Origin: Mycobacterium sp. | GTDB lineage: Bacteria; Actinomycetota; Actinomycetes; Mycobacteriales; Mycobacteriaceae | Assembly (NCBI GenBank): GCA_040509115.1 | Contig: JBEVLO010000095.1 | DNA length: 64,000 bases | Strand: one strand, 5' to 3' | In this document: positions 19,744-29,749 of the stretch, in pieces | Position numbering within the stretch: the stretch's first letter is position 1 | Layout: each line of letters starts with the position of its first letter | Program-made: the position numbers and the translations under genes | The notes under the pieces: generated by a model | Told to the model about the DNA's origin: nothing | Seen by the model: only the letters and a program-made list of their open reading frames with translations | Databases searched by the model: none

Positions 19744-21372
19744 ATGTCAACGATCTTCAACGTCCGCAACATGAAGTTGCCCGCCCTTTCCAGGGCGTCG
19801 GTCATCGTCGGTGCGATCGTCATCATCCTGGCGCTGGTGCTCGGCTACTTCGGCATCCAGCTCTACAAGCGGCTCACCACGACGACGGTCACCGCCGAGT
19901 TCGCGCAGACGCTGGCGCTGTACCCCGGTGACAAGGTCCAGATCATGGGGGTGCGCGTCGGCTCGATCGACTCGATCGAGCCTGCGGGCGACAAGATGTT
20001 GGTGAAGTTCCACTTCGAGTCGAAGTACAAGGTGCCCGCCAATGTCACGGCGGCGGTGCTGAACCCGAGCCTGGTCGCGTCGCGCACCATCCAGCTGACC
20101 CCGCCCTACACGGGTGGCCCCGAGCTGGAGAACGGCGCCGTCATCACCAACGACCGCACCAAGGTGCCCGTCGAGTACGACGAGCTGCGTGACTCCATCA
20201 ACCGCATCCTGACCGATCTCGGACCCACCCCCGAACAACCCAAGGGTCCCTTCGGCGACATCATCGAGTCGTTCGCCGACGGCCTGCAGGGCAAGGGCCA
20301 GGAGATCAACACGACGCTCAACAGCCTGTCGGAGGCTTTGACGACGTTGAACAGCGGGCGCGGCGACTTCTTCGGCGTCATCAAGAGTCTGGCGCTGTTC
20401 GTCAACGCCCTTCACAAGAGCGATCAGCAGTTCGTCGCACTCAACGACGACCTCGCGCAGTTCACCAATTCGTTCACCAACACCGACCGCGAAGTGGCGA
20501 CGGCGTTGCAGGACCTCAACCAGCTGCTCACCACGACGCGTGGGTTCCTGGACGAGAACTCGCAGGTGCTCACGAAGGACGTCAACAACCTCGCCGACGT
20601 GACGAACGCGATCCTGCAGCCCGCGCCGCTCAAGGGCCTCGAGACGGGGTTGCACGTCTATCCGAACCTGGCCGCCAACATCGTCAACATCGCGTCGCCG
20701 AACGCGGGCGGCATCGTCGGTCTGCCGGTGATCAACAACTTCGCCAACCCAATGCAGTTCCTGTGCAGCTCGATTCAGGCGGGCAGCAGGCTCGGCTACC
20801 AGGACTCCGCCGAGCTGTGCGCGCAGTACCTCGCGCCGATCCTGGACGCCATCAAGTTCAACTACCTGCCGTTCGGCATCAACAACTTCAACACCGCGAT
20901 GACGTTGCCCAAGCAGATCGCCTACTCCGAGCCGCGCCTGCAGCCGCCGCCCGGATACAAGGACACGACGGTGCCGGGCATCTTCTCCCGCGACACGCTG
21001 TTCTCCCACGGCAATCACGAGCCCGGCTGGGTCGTCGCGCCCGGCATGCAGGGTGTCGACGTGCAGCCGTTCACCGAGAACATGCTGACGCCGGAGTCGC
21101 TGTCGGAGTTGATGGGTGGGCCCGACATCGTCGCACCGCCCGCACCGCCCGCCTTCGGGGTGAACAACGGCAGGCTGCCCGGACCCCCGAACGCCTACGG
21201 TGAGAACAGCCCACTGCCCCCGCCGTGGTACCCGCAGCCGGGTCCGCCGCCGGCACCGGCGCCTGGGGTCATCCCCGGCGATCCGGGGGGCGCGCCCTCA
21301 CCGATGGTCTCCGGCCCGGCTCCTGCAGGCCCGCCGGGACCGCTGCTGCCCGCCGAATCGGGAGGGGGCTAA
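19744..21372 (+). CDS. mce1D: MCE-family protein Mce1D
   Basis: 'LYPGDKVQIMGVRVG'; Pro-rich tail. Confidence 0.92.
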   Translation: MSTIFNVRNMKLPALSRASVIVGAIVIILALVLGYFGIQLYKRLTTTTVTAEFAQTLALYPGDKVQIMGVRVGSIDSIEPAGDKMLVKFHFESKYKVPANVTAAVLNPSLVASRTIQLTPPYTGGPELENGAVITNDRTKVPVEYDELRDSINRILTDLGPTPEQPKGPFGDIIESFADGLQGKGQEINTTLNSLSEALTTLNSGRGDFFGVIKSLALFVNALHKSDQQFVALNDDLAQFTNSFTNTDREVATALQDLNQLLTTTRGFLDENSQVLTKDVNNLADVTNAILQPAPLKGLETGLHVYPNLAANIVNIASPNAGGIVGLPVINNFANPMQFLCSSIQAGSRLGYQDSAELCAQYLAPILDAIKFNYLPFGINNFNTAMTLPKQIAYSEPRLQPPPGYKDTTVPGIFSRDTLFSHGNHEPGWVVAPGMQGVDVQPFTENMLTPESLSELMGGPDIVAPPAPPAFGVNNGRLPGPPNAYGENSPLPPPWYPQPGPPPAPAPGVIPGDPGGAPSPMVSGPAPAGPPGPLLPAESGGG

Positions 21373-22601
21373 TGCGCAACGTTCTGAAGGGCCGGATGGA
21401 CCTGTCCCTGGGGCGCATCGCACGGCGCTCCGGTGCCGCGGTGGTCGCCGCGCTGCTGCTGAGCTCTTGCGGCTGGCAGGGCATCGCGAACGTGCCGCTC
21501 CCCGGTGGTCCTGGCACCGGAGCGGACAAGATGACGCTCTACGTCCAGATGCCGGATACGTTGGCGCTCAACGTCAACAGCCGCGTCCGCGTGGCCGACG
21601 TGTTCGTCGGCAGCGTCCGGGCCATCGAGTTGAAGAACTGGGTGGCGACGCTGACGCTGGACGTGCAGCCGGGCCTCAAGCTGCCGACCAACACGATCGC
21701 CCTCATCGGTCAGACGTCCCTGCTCGGTTCCCAACACGTGGAACTCGACGCGCCGATGAACCCGTCGGGCCAGTACCTCAAGAGCGGCGACACCATCGCC
21801 ATCCGGGACAGTCCCGACTGCCGACCGGCGGGGACACCCGACGAGAACGCGAGCGCGACCTACCCCTGCACTTCGTCGTTCCCGACGACCGAGCGCACAC
21901 TGGCGAGCATCGCCACGATCCTCACCGGCGGTGGCATCCAAAACCTGGAGACCATCCAGACCGAGGTCGCCAACATCCTGACTGGACGCGGCGATCAGAT
22001 CCGAGAGTTCCTCGGTCGGTTGGACACCTTCACGGCGGAGTTGAACAACCAGCGCGAAGACATCACCCGCGCCATCGATTCGACGAACCGCCTGCTGGCC
22101 ATCGTGGCGCAGCGCAACGACACGCTGGATCGGGTCCTGACCGAGTTCCCGCCACTGATCAAGCACTTCGCGGACACCCGGGATCTGTTCGCCGATGCCG
22201 TCGTCGCACTGGGCCGGGTCAGCAAGGCAGCCGATGATGCGCTGTCTCAGGCGAATCCGGACATTCACACCAACCTGCAGAACCTCCAGCGGCCGCTGAC
22301 CCAGCTGGGCAAGGCGTCGCCGTACCTGCTTGGTGCGCTCAAGGTGATCGGCACCGCGCCGTTCAGCATCGAGAACGTGCCGAAGGCCATCCGCGGCGAC
22401 TACATCAACGTGTCGCTCAACGTAGACCTGACGCTCTCTGCGGTGGACAACGGATTCCTCAGTGGCACAGGCGTATCCGGCATGCTGCGGGCGCTGGAAC
22501 AGTCGTGGGGTCGCGATCCGGCCACGATGATCCCGGACGTGCGGTTCACCCCGAACCCGCACGACGCGCCCAACGGTCCTCTTGTCGAGAGAGGTGAGTG
22601 A
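21372..22601 (+). CDS. lprK: MCE-family lipoprotein Mce1E/LprK
   Basis: Lipobox 'LLSSC', 'WQGIANVPLPGGPG', 'NSRVRVADVFVG'. Confidence 0.92.
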   Translation: MRNVLKGRMDLSLGRIARRSGAAVVAALLLSSCGWQGIANVPLPGGPGTGADKMTLYVQMPDTLALNVNSRVRVADVFVGSVRAIELKNWVATLTLDVQPGLKLPTNTIALIGQTSLLGSQHVELDAPMNPSGQYLKSGDTIAIRDSPDCRPAGTPDENASATYPCTSSFPTTERTLASIATILTGGGIQNLETIQTEVANILTGRGDQIREFLGRLDTFTAELNNQREDITRAIDSTNRLLAIVAQRNDTLDRVLTEFPPLIKHFADTRDLFADAVVALGRVSKAADDALSQANPDIHTNLQNLQRPLTQLGKASPYLLGALKVIGTAPFSIENVPKAIRGDYINVSLNVDLTLSAVDNGFLSGTGVSGMLRALEQSWGRDPATMIPDVRFTPNPHDAPNGPLVERGE

Positions 22602-22604
22602 GCG

Positions 22605-24167
22605 ATGCTGACCCGCTTCATCAAGATCCAGCTGATCGTCTTCACGATCCTGACGTTGATCGCGCTGGCGGTGCTCGGGCTGTACTACCTGAAGCTGCCA
22701 AGCGTGGTGGGCATCGGCCAGTACCAGCTCAAGGCCGACCTGGAGCGGTCCGGTGGGCTGTACGCCACGGCGAACGTGACGTACCGCGGTCAGCAGATCG
22801 GCAAGGTCACCGACGTCGAGCCGACCGAGACCGGCGCGATGGCGACCATCAGCATCAACAGCGACTACAGGATTCCGGTCGACACCACGGCCTACGTCCA
22901 CTCGGTGTCGGCGATTGGTGAGCAGTACCTCGACCTGGTGCCTGCCAGTGCAGACCAGCCTCCGTACCTGTCGGCGGGCTCGACGATCCCGCGGGACAAG
23001 ACCGTGGTGCCCAGCGAGGTCGGACCCGCGCTCGACGCCGCGAACGACGGCCTCGCGGTGCTGCCGAGGGACAAGATCGACTCCCTGCTGACGGAGACGT
23101 CTCAAGCGGTCGGTGGGCTCGGTCCCGCCCTGCAGAGGTTGGTGGATTCGACGACGGCGATCGCGAGCGACTTCAAGGACAACCTGCCGCAGGTCAACGA
23201 CATCATCAACAATTCGACCCCGATCCTGAACAGCCAGGTCGACTCGGGTGACGCGATCGAGCAGTGGTCGCGGAACCTGAACACGATCACGTCGCAGACC
23301 GCCGAGCAGGATCAGACGCTGCGGACGGGCATCCAGCAGGCCGCGCCGACGGCGGACCAGCTGAACGCCGTCTTCGGCGACGTGCGCGAATCACTGCCGC
23401 AGACGTTGGCGAATCTGGCGATCGTCACCGATCTGCTCAAGCGCTACAACAAGGGGCTCGAACAGGCATTGGTAATCCTGCCGCAGGGCGCGACCATCGC
23501 GCAGGCAGGCACGATCTTCGAGGGCGAGGGCCTGTTGCACTTCGGTCTTTCGATCAACCAGCCGCCACCATGCCTCACCGGGTTCCTGCCCGCTTCGGAA
23601 TGGAGGTCGCCGGCCGACACCAGCACGGCGCCGCTGCCCGACGGGTTGTACTGCAAGATCCCGAAGGACTACCAGGCCAACGCCGTCCGCGGTGCGCGCA
23701 ACTATCCATGCGCGGACGTGCCCGGCAAGCGGGCGGCCACGCCCGAGGAGTGCCGGAGCAACACCCCGTACGAGCCGATGGGCACCAACCCCTGGTACGG
23801 GGATCCAAATCAGATCCTGACGTGCCCGGCGCCGGGGGCGCGCTGCGATCAGCCGGTCAAACCGGGGTACGTGATACCGGCACCGACCGTCAACAACGGC
23901 TTGAACCCGTTGCCCGCCGATCAGTTGCCGCCACCGCAGTCGACGGCGCCGATCAGTGACCCGTTGACGGCCCCTGGCCAGGGCTCCGTCAGCTGCAGTG
24001 GCCAGCAGCCCAACCCGTGCATCTACACTCCGGCATCAGGTCCTGCGGCGATTTACACCCCGTCCAACGGGGAGGTCGTCGGACCCGACGGAGTCACGTA
24101 CTCCGTCACCAACTCAAGTGACCCAGGAGACAACGGATGGAAGGAGATGCTGGCACCAGCCGGCTGA
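22605..24167 (+). CDS. mce1F: MCE-family protein Mce1F
   Basis: 'SGGLYATANVTYRG', 'SAIGEQY', Cys-rich C-terminus 'YCKIPKD..VRGARNYPC'. Confidence 0.92.
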   Translation: MLTRFIKIQLIVFTILTLIALAVLGLYYLKLPSVVGIGQYQLKADLERSGGLYATANVTYRGQQIGKVTDVEPTETGAMATISINSDYRIPVDTTAYVHSVSAIGEQYLDLVPASADQPPYLSAGSTIPRDKTVVPSEVGPALDAANDGLAVLPRDKIDSLLTETSQAVGGLGPALQRLVDSTTAIASDFKDNLPQVNDIINNSTPILNSQVDSGDAIEQWSRNLNTITSQTAEQDQTLRTGIQQAAPTADQLNAVFGDVRESLPQTLANLAIVTDLLKRYNKGLEQALVILPQGATIAQAGTIFEGEGLLHFGLSINQPPPCLTGFLPASEWRSPADTSTAPLPDGLYCKIPKDYQANAVRGARNYPCADVPGKRAATPEECRSNTPYEPMGTNPWYGDPNQILTCPAPGARCDQPVKPGYVIPAPTVNNGLNPLPADQLPPPQSTAPISDPLTAPGQGSVSCSGQQPNPCIYTPASGPAAIYTPSNGEVVGPDGVTYSVTNSSDPGDNGWKEMLAPAG

Positions 24168-24844
24168 ACCCCACCGGAGGGCAGGAGCGCAGCGACTCGG
24201 GAGGAGACAGCCCTCCAGAACCCGACACGTCCGACGCACAATCCGAAGAAGAGCAGGATCAGCTCGTCGAAGCAGTAACCGAGGCAGAGGCCCGCGCCGA
24301 TGTGGACACCGAGCCCACGGCCGACGGGGTCGTCGAGCGCAGGCCCGAACGATTAGGTCGGGGTTGGCTCGTCGCCATCTGCCTGGCGCTCGCCGTGGCC
24401 ACCGCAGGCGTCGCCGTCGGCGGGTACTTCGCGCACCGCTCGCACGCCCAGAGCGAGGCCATCGCCGCAGAGGACCAGGTCGCCCTTGAGCGCGCCAAGG
24501 AGTGCGTCGCCGCAACGCAGGCTCCGGACATCGCCACCCTGACGGCCAGCCAGACCAAGATCATCGAATGCGCGACCGGTCAGTTCGCCGTCCAGGCGAA
24601 TCTCTTCACCGGCATGCTCGTCGAGGCGTATCAGGCCGCCAACGTCGAGATCCAGGTGTCCGATCTCCGCGGAGCCATCGAGAAACACAACGACGACGGG
24701 TCGGTCGACATCCTGGTCGCCGTCCGCGTCAAGGTCACCAACACCCAGGCCGCGAATCAGGAGACGGGTTACCGGCTGCGCGTGAACATGGCGCCCGCCG
24801 ACGGGACCTACAAGATCTCCGACCTCGAGCAGGTCACGTCGTGA
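24137..24844 (+). CDS. mam1A: Mce-associated membrane protein Mam1A (Rv0175-like)
   Basis: 'MEGDAGTSRLNP' start, acidic N-terminus, one TM, SnoaL-like C-terminus; position. Confidence 0.8.
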   Translation: MEGDAGTSRLNPTGGQERSDSGGDSPPEPDTSDAQSEEEQDQLVEAVTEAEARADVDTEPTADGVVERRPERLGRGWLVAICLALAVATAGVAVGGYFAHRSHAQSEAIAAEDQVALERAKECVAATQAPDIATLTASQTKIIECATGQFAVQANLFTGMLVEAYQAANVEIQVSDLRGAIEKHNDDGSVDILVAVRVKVTNTQAANQETGYRLRVNMAPADGTYKISDLEQVTS

Positions 24845-25860
24845 CGGTGGTGTTGGACAAGACGTCGTCGAAGGCAGACAGCGCGGACGACACCGCCGTC
24901 GGCGCGGTTCGGTACGCCTCCTGGCCGGCACGTGCCGCCGCGTTCGGCCTGGACTTCCTGCCCGGTGTCGCAGTCATCGCGACCATGGCGCTGTTGGCCA
25001 TCACGACGCCTCGGGGCGGCTGGCTCTGGTGGGTGTTCACGGGGGTGGCCGCGGTCGCGGGCCTCGCGATGATCGTGAACCGGCTGGTGCTGCCGCCCTT
25101 GACCGGCTGGACCCTCGGGCGCGCCGTGTGCGGCATCCGGGTGGTGGCCCGCGGCGGCGACGGGGTGGGGAGCCTGCGACTGCTTGGCCGCGACCTCGCC
25201 CACCTCCTCGACACGGCTGCGTTGTTCCTGGGATGGCTCTGGCCGCTGTGGGATGGCCGGAACCGGACGTTCGCCGACCTGCTTCTGCGCACCGAGGTGT
25301 ACGCGCTGGAGTCCACCGAGGCGCCCGAGCGGGACGTCCGACGGATCGCCGGGGTGGTGCTCGTCGCGGCGGCCGTGGTGTGCGGGGCTGGTACCGGCCT
25401 GGGTTATCTGGAGGTGTACCGGCAGGACGTCGCGGTCGAGCAGACGCGCGCCGAGATCACCGAGCAGGGCCCCCGCATCGTCGAGCAATTGCTGAGTTAC
25501 GGCATGCAGACGGTCAACGACGACTTCAGCAGGGCCCAGTCGTTGGTGACCGACGACTACCGGGAGCAGCTGACCGCGCTTCAGCAGCGCGTGCAGAAGG
25601 CCGGCGTCATCAACAACGAGTACTGGGCGGTGAGCAGCGCCGTGCTTTCGGCCTCGAAGGACAGGGCCGCCATGCTGCTGGCCCTGCAGGGGCAGCGTGG
25701 CAACGATCAGCAGGATTTGAGATTCATCACCGCGACCGTGCGGGCGGACTTCGTCAAGACCGGCGACAAGTGGCAGGTCTCGGCCCTCACGGTGCTCAAG
25801 AAGCCCAGGTCGAATGACGTCGAACCGGCTGCCGAGCAACCCAGCGAGCCGGGTCGATGA
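24841..25860 (+). CDS. mam1B: RDD-domain Mce-associated protein Mam1B (Rv0176-like)
   Basis: GTGA-coupled start; RDD pattern 'WPARAAAFGLD...GWTLGR...WDGRNRTFAD'. Confidence 0.8.
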   Translation: MTVVLDKTSSKADSADDTAVGAVRYASWPARAAAFGLDFLPGVAVIATMALLAITTPRGGWLWWVFTGVAAVAGLAMIVNRLVLPPLTGWTLGRAVCGIRVVARGGDGVGSLRLLGRDLAHLLDTAALFLGWLWPLWDGRNRTFADLLLRTEVYALESTEAPERDVRRIAGVVLVAAAVVCGAGTGLGYLEVYRQDVAVEQTRAEITEQGPRIVEQLLSYGMQTVNDDFSRAQSLVTDDYREQLTALQQRVQKAGVINNEYWAVSSAVLSASKDRAAMLLALQGQRGNDQQDLRFITATVRADFVKTGDKWQVSALTVLKKPRSNDVEPAAEQPSEPGR

Positions 25861-26417
25861 GCCCGCGGCGCAGGATCGACGACACCGTCGTCGACTTCCT
25901 CGAAGCGCATCCCTACGAGCCGAAGCGGCCCACGCGCTGGGGCCTGCCGCTGACGGCGGTGCTGGCGTTCGTTCTGGTGGCGGCCGCCATCGCCGGGAGC
26001 GCCATCTTGGCCTACCGCCACGAGAGCTACCGCAACATTCAGGTCCGCGACGCCGCCGCGCTCGGCTACGTGCGAGGCTTCATGACCACCTATACGACGC
26101 TGGATCCCTTCAATGCCAACGCCTACGCCGACAGGGTCCTCGCTCAGGGCACCGGCCAGTTCGCCACGTCGTTCAAGGAGAAGGTCAACGAGATCGTCGT
26201 CCAGGTCGCCCGTGCCGAACCCACCACCGGATCGGTGACCGAGGCCGGGGTCCAGCGGTGGAACGACGATGGCAGCGCCGACGTTCTGGTGGCCACCACC
26301 ATCAAGACCACCGGCCCGGATGGCAAGACTCCGGTCGAAAGTGGAAACCGTTGGGTGGTAACGACTATCGAGGAGGGACAGCAGTGGAAGATCAGTCAGC
26401 TGATTCAGGTGATCTGA
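25857..26417 (+). CDS. mam1C: Mce-associated protein Mam1C (Rv0177-like)
   Basis: 'MSPRRRID' start, TM, Mam domain. Confidence 0.8.
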   Translation: MSPRRRIDDTVVDFLEAHPYEPKRPTRWGLPLTAVLAFVLVAAAIAGSAILAYRHESYRNIQVRDAAALGYVRGFMTTYTTLDPFNANAYADRVLAQGTGQFATSFKEKVNEIVVQVARAEPTTGSVTEAGVQRWNDDGSADVLVATTIKTTGPDGKTPVESGNRWVVTTIEEGQQWKISQLIQVI

Positions 26418-27427
26418 CCACCACGACCCCGGAGGAAGCTGCCACCGCCTCGGTCCCGCAGGGCAAGGCGGCACGCAGCCGCCATCGCCTACCGCGGCAG
26501 AAGGCAGGGCAGCTCCCCGAGACCGTGGACGACGTTGCAGAGGAAGGGGTTGCAGCGGAACAGGTTGCGGCGGAAGAGGGCTCGACGGAAGTAGTCGAGA
26601 CCGAGCCGGACGAGCCCGCCGTCGTCGTGGAGCCCGAGCCCGCCGTCGAGCCCGTGCCCACACGGCGCAAACTGTCATGGCGGCGCGCCAAGACACCGGT
26701 CGTCCCGCCTGCACCCGTGCCCGACGTCGACGAAGCCGCCGCAGCCGACGAGGTGGTCGAGGGCCCTGCCGTCGACTCCGACGCTGCTGCAGAGCCACCC
26801 GTGATCGAGCAGGACGTGATCGGGCAGGACGTGGCCGGGCAAGACGGGGCCGACGGCGACGAGACCACTGCCGCCGAGCCCGAACCCGACGCCGTTCTGG
26901 TGCCGCACCGCCCAGCGGGACCGCTGCTCAAGGCGACCGCGGTCGCAGCCGGCGTGCTCTTCATCGCCGCGGGCGCGTTCGCAGGGGCGTCATTGCAGCC
27001 CTACCTCGCCGACCGTGCCGCGGTGCACGAGAAGTTCGAGATCGCCGAGACCGCCGCCAGTGCGATCACCACGCTGTGGACGTACACGCCCGAGGACATG
27101 GACCAGCTTCCCGAGCGCTCGGCCAAGTTCCTCGGCGGTGACTTCGCCAGCGAGTACCGGAGCTACATCGACGGGATCGCCGAGACCAACAAGCAAGCTC
27201 AGGTCACCAACAACACCCAGGTGCTCGGGGCGGCCGTCGAGTCGCTGGGTCCGACGGACGCGACCGCGCTGGTGTACACGAACTCGGTGGCCACCAGTCC
27301 GTTGACCAAGGGGATCCCGTCGCTTCGCTACATCTCCTACCGGCTGTCGATGGTCAGGGCCGGGAGTCGTTGGCTCGTCACCCAGATGGTGGCGGTGACC
27401 AAGCTGGACCTCACGCCGCGGATCTAA
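26384..27427 (+). CDS. mam1D: Mce-associated protein Mam1D (Rv0178-like) with long acidic N-terminus
   Basis: GTG 26384 after GAGGAGG, reading 'VEDQSADSGDLT'; C-terminus 'LWTYTPEDM...PSLRYISYRL'. Confidence 0.8.
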   Translation: MEDQSADSGDLTTTTPEEAATASVPQGKAARSRHRLPRQKAGQLPETVDDVAEEGVAAEQVAAEEGSTEVVETEPDEPAVVVEPEPAVEPVPTRRKLSWRRAKTPVVPPAPVPDVDEAAAADEVVEGPAVDSDAAAEPPVIEQDVIGQDVAGQDGADGDETTAAEPEPDAVLVPHRPAGPLLKATAVAAGVLFIAAGAFAGASLQPYLADRAAVHEKFEIAETAASAITTLWTYTPEDMDQLPERSAKFLGGDFASEYRSYIDGIAETNKQAQVTNNTQVLGAAVESLGPTDATALVYTNSVATSPLTKGIPSLRYISYRLSMVRAGSRWLVTQMVAVTKLDLTPRI

Positions 27428-27448
27428 GCCGCCGCCTAGGCTGACCAC

Positions 27449-27626
27449 ATGCCTGCCGTTCTCGTCACCGGCGCCGGGCGATCACGCGCGTCGGCGTCGT
27501 CGACGACGCGGGTGTCGTGGTGAACGGACTGCTGGAGGCCGTGAGCTCGGATCGGTGGCGAAAGTCATTGGATGGCAGCGATATCAGCGTCACGGGCCAA
27601 CTCGCGGGGTACTGCCGAGGCTGCGG
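27449..27626 (+). pseudogene. Decayed short-chain dehydrogenase (SDR) remnant
   Basis: Fragments in shifted frames: MPAVLVTGAGR; VDDAGVVVNGLLEAVS..RWRK (compare VNNAG); VTGQLA; VLPRLR. Confidence 0.6.
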
Positions 27627-27658
27627 TGCTGGACCTTTCGCACGGTGACGGGTCAGCC

Positions 27659-28453
27659 ATGACGAATAGCGCGCCTCACTTCGTCAAGCGCAACGCCAAC
27701 GCGCCCCGCGACTTCTTTGGTTGCGAGGCCGCCGGTCTGCGCTGGCTCGGCGCCGTGGATGGGGGAGTGCCGTGCGTCCGGGTGATCCGGCACGATGCGA
27801 CCAGCCTCACCCTGGAGCGGTTGGCGCCGGTGCGCCCGGACCGGGCGGCGGCCCATGAGTTCGGTCGTCGTTTGGCCCGCACGCACGATGCGGGCGCGCG
27901 GCGGTTCGGCGCCGCGCCCGACGGTTGGACTGGGCCAGGCTTCTTCGGTCCGCTCGACCAACCGCTGCCGATGGCGTACTCGGTCGACCGGAGTTGGGGC
28001 CGGTTCTACGCGGCGCATCGGCTGGTGCCGATGGTGGAGCGCGCCGGGTCACTCTTGAACCGGGTCGTTCGCGAGGCCATCGCCGAAGTGGTGAAGCGTT
28101 GCGAGAACGGTGATTTCGACGACGGCGACCAACCGTCGCGACTGCACGGTGATCTGTGGAGCGGCAACGTCATGTGGACTGCCCAGGGCGTGGTGCTGAT
28201 CGATCCGGCGGCGCACGGCGGGCATCGTGAGACCGACCTCGCGATGCTGGCGTTGTTCGGGTGTCCGTTCTTGGGGGCCGTGATCGACGGCTATCAGACG
28301 CAGAATCCGCTACGCGCCGGATGGCAGGCCCGAGTCCCGCTGCACCAGCTGCATCCGTTGCTGGCCCACGTCGTGCTGTTCGGATCCGGTTACGTGCGCG
28401 GGGTGGCCGACGCAGCCGATGCAGCTTTGGCCCTTGACGCCCCGCACGGCTGA
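27659..28453 (+). CDS. Fructosamine kinase family protein
   Basis: 'LHGDLWSGN', 'IDPAAHGGHRETDLAML', 'QLHPLLAH'; start at ATG 27659. Confidence 0.9.
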   Translation: MTNSAPHFVKRNANAPRDFFGCEAAGLRWLGAVDGGVPCVRVIRHDATSLTLERLAPVRPDRAAAHEFGRRLARTHDAGARRFGAAPDGWTGPGFFGPLDQPLPMAYSVDRSWGRFYAAHRLVPMVERAGSLLNRVVREAIAEVVKRCENGDFDDGDQPSRLHGDLWSGNVMWTAQGVVLIDPAAHGGHRETDLAMLALFGCPFLGAVIDGYQTQNPLRAGWQARVPLHQLHPLLAHVVLFGSGYVRGVADAADAALALDAPHG

Positions 28454-28455
28454 GG

Positions 28456-29538
28456 TCAGATGAACGCGAGCCAGCTCGGGAGGGCGCGCTCGCGCGCGTC
28501 GCACAGCACCTGCATGGTGTCGCACGAACCCTTCGGAACGCCTGCGCCTGCCCACATGCCGCCGGTGTCGCGACGCAACACGATGGCCGACGAGCCGCCG
28601 CCGTCGAGCAGGATCGCGGTGTCGCTGCCGAGCCCGCGGAACAGGTCCTGGATCTGATCGGGCGTGTAGCTGCCACCCTGGAAGACGTACATCTCGTCCT
28701 TGCCCTTGGCGTAAGCCAGCGCCGTTCGGGCGGCACTCGGCCCGCCGTCATTCATTTGGCCAGTGTCCCCAGGTGCGAGCAGACCAAGGCCGCTGACGGC
28801 CACGAACCGGGTGCCGTTGTCCATCAGGTCGGCGATCACCGGTGAGGCGGCGTCATAGTCGTCGGGCGATCTCGGGGGGACGATGAAGGGCGCGCCGCCG
28901 ACGGGAAGGACCATCGTCGTCAGCGCCGTCCACACTTCGTCACCCCCGGACAGAGCCTGCTTGCCTGCGTAGGCGATGGTCCCGGTGACCGCGACGTTGG
29001 TCTTGCCGCCGCCGCGCGTGTTGTCGACGTAGGCCCCGAGCGGCGAGCTGCACCCCGTCGTCTTCCACGACCCGCCCTTTTGGCTCCGCACGTCGAAGAA
29101 GTTGGCGTTGATTGCGATCGTCGGCTGCCCGAGTGCCTGCCACGCCTGCAACGGAGTGAACGTCTCCGAGGCCTGCCAGAGGCCCTCGCTGGTACGCGCC
29201 GCCGGACTGCGCTCACAGCGCGCCTGGTACCCGCGGTGGGAATCCAGCAGCAACTTGGGCGACAGTCGTCCCGACGCGCCCTTGATGATCATCAGATGGC
29301 CGCCGCTGCCCATCTCGTACCAGTTGCCCGCTGCGTCGAGCATCGGTGCGGGGTTACCGCCGCCGAAGTTGTAGACCAGGTATGAACCGCGAGTGGTGGC
29401 TATCGCGGCTGCGAGCAGTTCGCGGGCGTCCGCGGCGCGCGCCACGGGTGCCATCACGATGGCCGCCAGCGCCGCACCGAGCGTCAGAATGGTCGCGAAG
29501 GCGGTGAATCTCTGGAGGTTCGCGGTGCTAGTCGACAC
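28456..29538 (-). CDS. lprO: Secreted phosphodiester glycosidase-family protein LprO (Rv0179c-like)
   Basis: Signal peptide; 'AINANFF', 'ARTALAY', 'AILLDGGGSSAI'; synteny. Confidence 0.8.
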   Translation of the reverse strand: MSTSTANLQRFTAFATILTLGAALAAIVMAPVARAADARELLAAAIATTRGSYLVYNFGGGNPAPMLDAAGNWYEMGSGGHLMIIKGASGRLSPKLLLDSHRGYQARCERSPAARTSEGLWQASETFTPLQAWQALGQPTIAINANFFDVRSQKGGSWKTTGCSSPLGAYVDNTRGGGKTNVAVTGTIAYAGKQALSGGDEVWTALTTMVLPVGGAPFIVPPRSPDDYDAASPVIADLMDNGTRFVAVSGLGLLAPGDTGQMNDGGPSAARTALAYAKGKDEMYVFQGGSYTPDQIQDLFRGLGSDTAILLDGGGSSAIVLRRDTGGMWAGAGVPKGSCDTMQVLCDARERALPSWLAFI

Positions 29539-29749
29539 GCTTGGCCCCTGTCACGAAGTTGCTGTGGAACACGACACCGCTATCACATCTGACGCACCGA
29601 CCGCTTTGGTCTCGGCGTCGTCTCGGTTTCGCATCTGTTCATTGGCAAACGGTTCGTGGCCGCACGGGAGACCCACTGGAGTCCACGATTCGGCCGTGGC
29701 CATCCGCGAGGTCGGGAGTGATTCCCGCTGACGCGGGTAATACCCACGC

